Source: Lama guanicoe
Lineage: Eukaryota
Length of the DNA: 64,000 bases
Direction: 5' to 3'
Assembly (NCBI GenBank): GCA_013239625.1
Contig: MU053513.1
Coordinates: 2,158,927-2,222,926 of the forward strand
Each line of letters opens with the position of its first letter. Position 1 is the stretch's first letter. A program made the translations under genes and the position numbers. Of the stretch, positions 37,560 to 49,000 are shown one piece after another. The notes under the pieces are model-generated. The model was not told the origin of the DNA. It was given only the letters and a program-made list of their open reading frames with translations, and searched no databases.

Positions 37560-39259
37560 GTTACAATTTTAAATAGAGTGGTGAGGGAAGGTGTCATGGA
37601 GAAGGTGACATTCCAGTGAAGATTTGAGGTGATGGAGTTAACCCTGCCAGTATCTGGGGGAGCAGTGAGTTCAAATGTCCTAGGGAGGGAGAATGCCAGA
37701 CTTGTTCCGGAAGCAGCAAGGGGGTCGGTTGGCTGGAGCAAGGTGAAGGATGGGAAAGGCAGAGAAGAATGTGACCAAGTCACACAGGACTTTGTAAACC
37801 CGTTAGTTCTTCTGAATGAAATGGGAAATTAGTGAAGGGTTTTAAGCCAAGACTAATATGATCTGACTCACATTTTAAAAGGCACATTTGTCTGCTGGTT
37901 TGGGAAGAGGTAAGAGGGCAAAGGTAGGAGCAGGGAGAACAGTTGAGAGGCTAATGTGACTCAGATAAGTGATGAAGTCAGTAGAGGCGATGAGAACTGG
38001 TTAGATTCTAGCTGTATTTTGAAGATACAATAAACAGGATTTTTGGACAGATTAAATGTGATAGATGAAAGAGAAGACATCAAGGATGACTTCATGTTTT
38101 TTGGCCTGAGGATAGTAGGAGACTATTAACTAATTGGCCACAAGCAGCTTGCTAACTTATAAAAGCAGAGACACAGTGGAATTTTGATTGGCTTTGAAGG
38201 GAGCCTGGCACATGGTGAGTTCTCTGTCTTACTTACTGACCAAGCTTCTGTTTTCATGCACAACCTTTGGCTTAAGGGCAGCCTTCTGAGCTCATGTTAG
38301 GTTAATGTACATGTTGCACCAAGTCAACATCTAGTGCAGGTAAAAGAGAGAAACTTCCACTTATTTCAGGAACACTCAGAACTTAATGTTTTAGACTTTC
38401 AATGTCCATTGTCAGCATAACTATTTTACCTCCCAGTGGGAAATCTGTAATTCCATCAAATCGGGTCTTCATCAGTCAGCCTACCTTGGCTATGATAAAT
38501 ATAAATAAGGAAACAATTTGAACCCCAAGGAGCCTCTAAATTTAAATGCCGTAGCTAAAATACATGGAGAAGCATTTTCATTTTGACTTAAATGAGTATT
38601 CTGACATATGCTTTGAAGTAAAAGCTTTTTTGAATCTCATAGAAGCCCCAGAGAAAAACAAATCTATGACATCAATTTATTTTTAAGTTTGTTTTGCAAA
38701 TAACACATTTGAGTTTTCATTATTCTTTTTTATCATTATTAACAAATGGCAATTCTGTGAGCCTAAAGGTCTAAAATTTCTAAATCACACTTATGTGTCA
38801 GAACCAGTATGCCCTTTTAAGTGTCTACACTGCTTACTTTTGTGTTTTTACTATATGTCTTGTGAACACTCTATTAGTAAAACATACATTAATCACCTTA
38901 GGATGAGTAATATATATTTTTTCCATCCAAGGAATGAAATGTTGTTTCTCAAGAGTCAAATGACATTCATGTTGATGTGCTAGAAAAATTTAAAACTTAA
39001 CAGAATTTACCATCTGCTACTGTTTTTTTTTTTAATCTTTTCCATTTAGCCACATTTTCTCTATTAGCTGTTTGTCTAATTAGGTGAAGTCATAAAACTG
39101 AAGACCTAGTAGAGATCACATGAGCGGTGATTAATTTAAAGAGTTCCCTTCCCCCGAATAAATCATCATTTTAGACTGTGCCAAAGAAAACTAATGCTAA
39201 AGCATTTCTGCGATCATGTCATTCTCTTGTGCAGACATTTTAGTGACCACCATTGTCTG

Positions 39260-39497
39260 CACTGTCCAGTATGGTACAGTAGCCACATATAGCTGTTTGA
39301 ATTTAGTACATTAATTCTTTAATGGTAACTTCAACACAATAAAATTAAAACTTCAGTTTCTCAGTTGAACTAGCTACACTTCAAGTACTAAATAGTCATG
39401 TGTGGCTGGTGGCCACCATGTTGGATGGAGTTAGATATAGATATAGATATAGATACAAAACATTTCCATCATCACAGAAAGTTCTATTGGAAAGTGC
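39260..39497 (-). mobile_element. hAT-Charlie MITE (MER3/MER33-like)
   Basis: Ends cactgtccagtatggt / catttccatcatcacagaaagttctattggaaagtg. Confidence 0.78.
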
Positions 39498-39816
39498 CGG
39501 TGGAGAGAATAACTTGCAATTTTTTTTTCAGCATAGGGTTCCAAACCCTCCACAATTTCACTCTGGTTTACTGCACTAGGTATACCTCCCACTGTACTGA
39601 TCACGTGTGAGCTGTGCGTCCTATAGTTTTTAAAATTTCTGGGCCTTTACTTATTTGATTCCCTCAGCTTATTAGTTTCCTGTTTTCCACTTAGCAAGAT
39701 ATTCCCACATCTACAAGGATCCACTTAAACACCCTTTTCTTCATAAAAGCCAGCCATGTTCGGCCCTAGAGGATGGAAGTAATGTTTTCCTTTGCACTCT
39801 CCAGAGTGTACTTGTA

Positions 39817-41069
39817 CAGGGATTCCCTGCTTTTTGAGAATTTGCGTTACGTCCCTTTGCCTTTTGAAGGACCTACGTTAGTACTTGTTGTCTCTAACCA
39901 AATGAAATCTGAAGATTTTTGCTTTTATGAAAAAAGGAGAAAAGCAAAAATCACGTTCAATGTTTGTTTTGCAGCTAGCGTTACAGAGGCAGCGCACACT
40001 CCGAGCACCACAGCGGCACCGCCGAGCTCCTCCCCTGGGAACTACCCACCGCATTTCAGCATCAAGCTGCCAGAGCTTTGAACTGTGTCTGTGAGCATCT
40101 GTGCTTTATCTTGATTTGTTATTGTTTCTAGCATTCTTTAGTTTTTTTTTTTTGAATTATAATTGACCTACAATATTATATTAGTTTCAAGTGTGCTACA
40201 TAGTGATTTAATATTTTTATACATTAAGAAATGTACCATTTGTCGTCATACAAAGTTATTACCATGTTATTGACTATTATCCCTATGCTGTACATTACAT
40301 CTCTGTGACCTGTTTTTTTTTAATGACTGGAAGTTTCTTTATCTTAATCAGCCTCCACCTATTTTGCCTGGCCCTTCTCCCCACTCCCCTCTTGCAACCA
40401 CCAGCTTGTTCTTGACCTATCAGTCTGTTTCTGTCTTGTTTTTCATGTGTTTTGTTTTTTTTAGATCTGACATATAAGTGAAATCATACAGTATTTGTCT
40501 CTGTCTGTCTGACTTATTTCATTTAGCATAATATCCTCTAGTTTCATCCATGTTGCTGAAAATGGCAAAATTTCATTCCTTTTTATGGCTGAGTAATATT
40601 CCATATATACACACATATATATCTCACGTCATCTTTGTCCATTCATCTATCGATGGACACTTAGGATGCCTCCATATCTTGGCTGTTGTAAACACTGCTG
40701 CAATGAGTAGAGGGCTACATATATCTTTTTGAATAAGTGTTTTCATTTTCTTCAAAATGAATATCCAGAGGTTGAATTACTGGATTGTGTGGTATTTCTA
40801 TTTTTTAATTTTTGGAGAAACATCCATACTGTTTCCACAGTGTCTTCATAGTTGTTTCCCACCAACACTGCACAAGAGTTCCCTTTTCTCCACATTCTTA
40901 CCAGTACTTATTATTTCTTTGCTCCTTTGGCTGACAGCCATATCTTGATTTATTTTGTGCCTTTATTATCAAAATGTGTCCCAGGGTACCTGCTTCTTTG
41001 CCTTACACCACTCTGGCTAACGGAAGGTTTCGTAGGAAAGCTCTACTTCCAGAGAGCAGGGAAAACCTG
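39817..41069 (+). mobile_element. TcMar-Tigger-type MITE interrupted by an L1
   Basis: Imperfect TIRs ta|cagggattccctgcttt and agagcagggaaaacctg. The element is split at a duplicated tatcttgattt. Confidence 0.7.
40118..40940 (-). mobile_element. 5'-truncated L1 3' end
   Basis: Poly-T at about 40142, then antisense L1 3'UTR and ORF2 end. TSD tatcttgattt at 40107-40117 and 40941-40951. Confidence 0.88.
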
Positions 41070-41575
41070 TCTCTCTATCCTACCCTGTAGAGTATTTATG
41101 TACTTTTGTTTCTGTCATCTGCTCCAGCCCCTAAAATGTATCTTCATGGGTGGACCACTATGCAACTTACTACAGTGTCATGTACATAATGAATATTCTA
41201 AAGTATTGATCTGAGTAATTTATAATAAATTTAAATATTACTTCTTCTGCAGTGTGAGTATTTACAGCTGGACTATTTGACGTGCTTTGAATTTGTAAAT
41301 TTATTTGCTCCATTTTTTAGAATTATCAGTTAAAAATTTTAACACCTTTATTGTGGTATGTTTCCTATACAGTAAACTACACATATTTCAGATGTACAAT
41401 TTGATGAATTTTGATAGATGTGTACACCCATGAAACCACCACCACAATCAAGATAGCTAACATTTCCATCACTCCCCAAGAGGTGCAAATTTCAAATTCC
41501 CAATTTGTCCCTTCCCACTCCCTTTAACCCCTGGTAAAATAAAAAATTATTTTATTTTAAAAAATTTTTCAGGTC

Positions 41576-41698
41576 TTTTTTTGAAGGGGAAGATAATTAG
41601 GTCTAGGGTTATTTATTTATTGAAGGTACTGGGGATTGAACCCAGGACCTCATACATGCTAAGCATGTGCTGTACCACTGAGCTATACCCTCCTCCCC
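41576..41698 (-). mobile_element. tRNA-derived SINE (camelid vic-1-like)
   Basis: The reverse complement reads ggggaggagggtatagctcagtggtacagcacatgcttagcatgtatgaggtcctgggttcaatccccagtacc plus an A-rich tail. Confidence 0.9.
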
Positions 41699-42690
41699 AG
41701 GATCACCATTTTCAAACCCCATCTATGTTGACTAGCCTAGACAGGGACAGGCACAAGGGGATTAAGTTTTAGAAACATCTTTTCCTGGCTGTAATTCAGT
41801 GTGTAAGCATTTCAGCTGCCTTCTCCATTATGTCTCATGCCTGTAGCTAAAAAACCGGATGCAATTTAAATCAATCAAACAAAAAGCGTCTACTAATCCC
41901 TGATAATTGGTACTAGGCGCTACGTGTATTTTTAGTCAGCTGTCTCTGGTCACTGGCTTTGCAGGATCACAATCATCAGGACAGAAAAAGGTTGTTATGA
42001 CCTTGTTTATGCCTTTCTCAAAACCTGTTGGACATTGTTACACTTCCATTTTTTAAAGCAAAACAAAGCCTCTCACCCGTTAACCTATTTTCAAATTATA
42101 GGGTCCATATGGATTCCCGGAAGTCATCACTCCTCTCATCTCTAGAAAATACAGCACAAGACATGGCACATTCCATGTAGGGAAATTTTGAATTGCATTT
42201 CTTGTGTCTTCCACAGCATTCTCATTTGTAATTTTCAGAAATTGGCCAGTGTTATTTGTGAAGATTATTTCATGCTAATGAAATGTTGGAAGTCCCAATG
42301 TTGGAATTGCCTTTGTGAAAAGAGATGAGGAAGTCTTTGTCTATTTCTGCTATCTTGAGTACCCACCTTCAGAAGAAGGTGTCTCCTAACATGACCCTGA
42401 TGGTTTCATGGGGACAGTCATCCTGATATCTCTGGACTTGATAACTACCATTCAATAAGAGGAGAAAGAGAAAGTATTCTTATGGTCACCCTGAAGTTCA
42501 TATATTCATTAACTATTCTTTGAATTTATTATAAGCATGTATCAACTCATCTATCTGTTGACTACACAAGTGACCTCTTCACAGGTGACTTGTGCATCTG
42601 TTTATCTCCATCCTTGGCCTCTCCCTTGTCTGTGCTCAGTTCTGTCATTAAAACAGGTTGCTAGATACTCATTCTTTCATTCAGTCAACA

Positions 42691-43143
42691 TTTTTTTTAA
42701 CATTTTTTATTGATTTATAATCATTTTACAATGTTGTGTCAAATTCCAGTGTAGAGCACAATTTTTCAGTTATACATGAACATACATATATTCATTGTCA
42801 CAGTTTTTTCTCTGTAAGCTACCATAAGATCTTGTATGTATTTCCCTGTGCTATACAGTATAGTCTTGTTTATCTATTCTACAATTTTAAAATCCTGTCT
42901 AGCTCTTCCCACCCTCCACCCCCTTGGCAACCACAAGTTTGTATTATTTTCTTTGTTTTCTATTTCTGTTTTGTATTTATGCTTTGTTTTTTTGTTTTTG
43001 TTTTTTTTTTTAGATTCCACATATGAGCGATCTCATATGGTATTTTTCTTTCTCTTTCTGGCTTACTTCACTTAGAATGACATTCTCCAGGAGCATCCAT
43101 GTTGCTGCAAATGGCGTATGTTGTTGGTTTTTATGGCTGAATA
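42691..43143 (-). mobile_element. L1 3' end inserted in an L2 tail
   Basis: Antisense L1 3'UTR and ORF2 end. The flanks repeat cag(t/c)caacattt. Confidence 0.85.
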
Positions 43144-45413
43144 CAGCCAACATTTATTGATCACATATCTATGCCAAGCACTGTGCTAGGTTTTTAGACA
43201 ACAGAGACACGCTAGCTGGGTAAGACTATCTGATATCCACAAGTTATTAACCAGTCTAAGCCTCAGGTTTTTTTTATAAAAATGGGAATATTCATTTTTT
43301 AACTCATTGAGTTACTGTGAGGGTTAATCGAGCTGCTAAGTCAGAGTTGAAATCCAACTTAATTCTTTGCCTTCAGATTCCAGTTCATTGCCTACTGAAT
43401 TTTTTATTCTGTCATTTAAGACCCTTATCCTGATTGCCACTGTTCCCTCTCCCACATCATAAGCTCAAATTAAACGGATTTGCTTCCTGTTCCTATTAGA
43501 TACGCTTGCCTGATGCCTTTTTTCCTTTGCTCAGGCTCTTCCTTCTGCCTACAATACCTCCCCAATTCTGCATGTCTAAATTTTTCCTGCTTCAAGGGTC
43601 TTGATGAAATATAATTTTCTTCATAAAGCTTTCCTTGGTTTCTGCAGCATGAAATAACTGCTTCCCATAAAATCCTATAGCCTTTTGTTCTAATTTTTTA
43701 AATGATTGTTTTTATGAGGCATCATATGGTACACTGAGAATCAGAATGAGAATGATAATTAATATCTATGCATTGAAACATTATAACTGTGGCAACAGCT
43801 TGTCACTCAAGCTTGTGGAAGATATGATGGAAGAATCTTACCCCTGAAATGGAAAGAAACTAATGGAGTATGGAACAGGGATGCTCAACTTTCCTCATAT
43901 TCAATCCTCAATTTATCTTTGTTATTCCCACTTCACCACTTTCACTTTCTTCTCATTGTCTTCAGGAAGCTGCTTTTATGTCTTAAAATAAGGTAGAAAT
44001 GGTGGCAATAAACCAGACATTAAAATTAGCTCATATAAGTCCTTATGAACAACTTCAAAGTGAGGTTGTTACCTTGGTTCTTGGTAAATATGGGTAGTTT
44101 GGCTTATTTTTCCTTGAACCATCTCTCAAAAGCCTTGAATTCTTAGAAAAGCGTGAATGTCTAAAGCATCAAACTGTTTTACTTATTGATGAAAGAATGG
44201 ATTTCACTGGTAATCTCATTTGCTTCACATGTCGTTAGATCATTCAACCAATAAATATGTTGCATCATCATAAGAAATACTTTCCATAGAAGTAATTTGG
44301 TACTCATTGTTCTAAAGTTTGAGAATATGTAATAATTTAAATTATTCATTGACAAAGTAACTTCATTTTTTGTGTTTGTACAAATATTACTAAAGGTCAT
44401 AGATGTCTATTAAATTCTTAGGCTCTCTGATGAGTAAATATGATCTGATGGTGAACTATCATGGCTTTTATGGCAGTCATCAACATCCAGCAGGGACCAA
44501 ATCAGTGAACAGTCGTGTATGGTTTTGCACGTCCGTTGATACTGCCAATTTTACCCTCTTTCTGCGGTAATGGCCATCATCTTCCCTTTCACGTTAATAT
44601 GAGTATGTATGAATTATGCTGTACAATATGAATGTATATATGAATATGTACAAATGGTTTCAGTCAACCCTGCGATCAACTCTACTTTATTCACAGATAC
44701 ACTTTCACTCTCCATGCAGTGAAGCAAATGAGCTCTTTCTGTTTGCCTCCTTATACCTTTCTGCTAGAAATTACAGAACAATTTTAGTTGTTGATTTAAC
44801 AATGCTATACATTAAATCTCAAAATCTTGGTCATTTCATCTGTCTCTGTCAGCCGGGCTGCAGATTGCATTGCATAAATACTCCTTTTTTTTCCCTTGAG
44901 ACTACTACAGACTTTGTTCTTAATTTTCCAAGTTCTTAAAATTTTTTTATTTCTATTAATAGTAAAAGATTTTTGTGTTGAGTATCTCTGCTATATATTT
45001 CCCACTTTCTCTATGATTTGATATACTGTTTTTTCTTGTTTATCTTTTTATTTAACCAAAATTCTGAATTATTTTATTCTATACAGAAGGCCTATATTTT
45101 TCAACTACCCCATGGATAACAATCTACTGATAGCCACTGCCCACTGCTGAATGTCTAGACAAGGCATTTCATTTTGCAATACTTGATCCATGACAGTGTC
45201 AGGGACTGGTGACAGAATTCAATAAATCTACTTTGTATTTCAACTATAAGCACATCCAGCAGCTGCATCTTCACTTCTACCTCAGCCATCTGGTGTAGTT
45301 CCCAGCGTGGGTACCCTCCTGGAAGAGAGAAGGCAGATCTAAAGGATGGGTACAACCGATGCCTTTGGGGAGAGTATTTATCCTTCTTTTTCAGTGGCAT
45401 TCACCACTTTCTT

Positions 45414-46046
45414 TTTAAAAAAAAAAGTTTTTTTAAGGTTACAGTGTTTAATGTTTATCAAGTTAAACTTCTACAGCTAGCAAGATAACAGAAGAGTTAC
45501 TAGGACTCAGACCATTCCTAGGGAATGTTTATTGGACCATCCCAATTACACTACAGGCCAAACAACTTCCAGTGTTTCCCGTCTTTGTACTTTCTTCCTT
45601 TCCACCCTTGGCCAAGTCATCTGGTGTTTCGTGGACCTCCATTGTATGGCCAACGACAGAATGGTCTCCTGAGAGTGAGATCAAAGAATCTTCAATAGGC
45701 ATAATGGCCACACCATCTTTGCTAGCAGTCACATTGCCCAGGTCTCCGACTCACCTCTCTTGAACCTCTGGCCCACCGTGTGTTTTGGAGAAGTTAAAGT
45801 GAGGACCTGCACTGGTACAGCCTTGTGTACTGTCTCCAAATTGATGGACTTGGACTCCGTGATCGCCTTCGGTCAATCTTGTAATGGATCCTGACACCAC
45901 AACTGGCCCATTTCCCTTCTGCTGGAAGTAGATGGTGCCCTGCACCGGCTGGTGCCTGTCAGCACACACACAGCCGTGGTCGTCATGACTGGTGGGGGTG
46001 CGTGTCGGTTCGGGCTGCTAGGGCTCCAAGGGCAGCCAGAGACCCC
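45414..46046 (-). pseudogene. SOD1: Processed (retroposed) Cu/Zn superoxide dismutase pseudogene
   Basis: Intronless SOD1-like reading frame from ATG 45986 to TAA 45529, with 5'UTR, 3'UTR, ATTAAA signal and A tail. 13-bp TSD tcaccactttctt at 45401-45413 and 46047-46059. It is disabled by a frameshift near 45950, an in-frame TGA at 45751-45753 (His80 position), His46->Gln and Arg143->Cys. Confidence 0.96.
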
Positions 46047-49000
46047 TCACCACTTTCTTACTAGTGGTTAGGAGAACAGACTCCGGTAATGATTTGTTGA
46101 GTGGTTAATGTGAACTAAGAGAACTTACTACTTATGGCCTCTGACTTCTCATGACTGACAGTTTGAATGTGAGGACAGGGAGAAGGACTCTCATCTCTCT
46201 CCTTTAGCGCTTCCCTGGATGGAAAAAAATAATTCAACCTGACAGTGACATAACTTCTTCTATTGCAGCAACCCATGGCAGCATCACAGGGATTCGAAGG
46301 AGCCTAGGAGATCAATTCTACACATGATTGTGAGCCACTGTGGAAAAGATTCCACCAGTGTCTTCGCTGAACTAGGCAGGCTAGTTATTGCCTTAAATTG
46401 TTCTGGAACCAGTAAGTTCACAGATGACTTATAACAATTTCTTTTCATGTGATTTGAACTGTGAGTCATCTATTCTGCTGAAATTGTGGACACACTGGTG
46501 TATTTTTAACTTTCTATGAGCCACTATTCTGAAGTAAAATGGAGCAGAAATGCAATATGCAATTGTCTAGGGGGCAATGGTGTGCAAGGTCTTGAGTGGA
46601 GATCTATGTCTTGGATCTCGCAGGAGCTCATGAAGGGCTCCAGGGCTGAGGTTCTCAGCCTGTATTTCCCAGGGCTGCCTTCACATTAGAGGAGAAGAAG
46701 AAACACCACTTCCCACAGTGAATCATTCCTTGGGGCCTCTGTAGCCCTTGGTTTCTGTGTCTGCCTCTCTTTGAACCAAGTCTTGTTCATCTTTGCATCT
46801 TTGTATCTAAATCACAGTAGAATCTGCATACATATTTGTTGAATCTATCCAGCCATTATACATTTCTTTATTTAACATATATTTTTTATGTACCTGTTAA
46901 CTACAAGAGCTTGTGCTAGGCACTGAGGATGCAGCAGAGGACAAAACAGACAGTTCCTCCTCTGTCAGAGCTTAATTTAGTGTGTTATTTTTACTGAGGG
47001 TGGGGGAGTTCAGATTATACATGAAAAATTACACAAATGATTTCCACTTCAATAGTTTTCAGTGCTCTGAAGGACTCGGGAGTCCTGACCAAACTGCTAA
47101 TAAACTAACAGTATAATACTGGCCGAATTACTTAATCTCTTTGAGTTGCAGTTTTCTCATTTGTAAAATAAGAGATTTGTATGAATTAACATCTCAAGCC
47201 CCTCTGAGGCCTGAACTTTATGATTCTGTGCTTGCTTAGTGAAAAAATAGGTTTGTACAGAGAGCAGCTGATTAAAATTATTCATTAAATAATAATACCA
47301 GTAACGATTGTCAGAATGAGTTCCTTCAATATGTTTTTAAACTCTCAGAGACTATAAAGGGAACTTCACCACATAAAGAGAAATAAAGTAGGGAATCCGC
47401 TAGAGAAAAGCAAAACAAAAAACCCCACAGACACATTAAGACTTAGAGTAAAATGAATGAAATATCTGAAATCTCAAATATTTTGCATCATTTTGGATGG
47501 GTAACAGGACAGGGGGAAGTATTAACTGAAATCTTCTCTAGCTCCAGAAGGTTACGAACAGTGCAGGGCTTACAAAAGAGATAATATCTTTTTGAGAATA
47601 AAATACAATACTTACTTCTAAACTTATTTCTAAACAATAATGTTATCTGTTAATGTCTTTGCAGTTTGACTTAGCAATTTCCTTGGAATTGTTATTTTTT
47701 TCCTCCACATTTTGCTACTAACCCAATGTTTTCAGATCTAATGACTGACAGCACATTTCATTTTGTTTAGGCAATTTTTTTATTTTTAGCATTTCCAGCT
47801 TCAAAAAAAGAAGCATTTGAGCCACTTAAAGTATTAACTAAATATGTCATATTTATCCTTCACTTAAGACATTTTAAGTCACATTAGGAAAAAAGATCAT
47901 GTATTTCTAACTTTAATGTCCCATTTTCTCAACACATTCTCTTATCCTTTTCCTCCTACCCTTGCCTTCCTGCTCTAATCCCTCCTCACTCAACTCCCCC
48001 TTCAGCTTCCTAGTATTTGGTTGCCCAGAAAGTTTCTAGATCACTCACCCATAATATTTCTAAATATTTGGAAAGGCAGTCTCATGCTCAGGTCCTTCAA
48101 GCCCCTCTTGGGTACAGAAGGATGGCCCTGAACCTGGAACACTTCCTTATCATGAGGTAAAATGCACCCACAGCTGGTGCTAGACTTGTCACCTTGTGTG
48201 GGACTCTCTCTCCCTGTTTAACCCTCAATGTGTACTTCTTTGTTCTGCTTAAGTGTATGTGTGCCATACAGCACCTGACCAGCCCCACTACTGTATCTGT
48301 CCCCTGCAGGAAAGGGACGAGGTCCTTCTGTTGCAGTTTCCTTGGCGACTTTGATAGTAAGAAGCAGTGGGCAGAAGAGCTTGGACTTTGACTTCTGGTG
48401 ATAGACACCAGATGCCACTCGCCCGACACCAAATCTTCAGTAAAATTACTGCTTCTTTATTTTATTTCACTTTCATGAAAACTGCTGGTAGGCTTGAACT
48501 TTGTGGCCAAGTGCAGTACCTGAGTGATGACAGGAAAGATCTAGAGGGGGCCCTGTACTCACAAAATATATAAAATAATAGAACCTTTCTTCCCAAATTG
48601 AAGAGAGCTCTAGGCAAGGGCTCTGGAAGGGGGAGACATGCCAGCTGGGAAGCAGACACAGACAGCGAGCCTGGCTCGAAAGGATGGTTTTGAGCTCATA
48701 AACTCATACACCCAAGGATTTAAACTTTCAAAAGATATAGAAGTTAAAAAGGAAAATTCTGCTCTTTTGCCATCTATGTGAATGCTTTATGCCATTGCCA
48801 AGGGTTACTACTATTAATAGTGTCTTATTTTTCCTTCTGGAAAGTATCTATAAATACAGAAGCATGTATATTTTTATTTCAAATAAATACATTAAGTTTC
48901 TCTCAGATTGCCTCTGTGTTTACGGTATCATACAGTAACACCTGGATGAGATTCCATCATGTTTGAGAGGAATTCATGGTGGATGGTTTGGCTTAAAATA

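Noticed and set aside
45529..45969. Two SOD-like ORFs as a functional split gene
   Set aside because: They are pieces of one retrocopy broken by a frameshift and a stop codon, with loss of metal ligands and the catalytic Arg.
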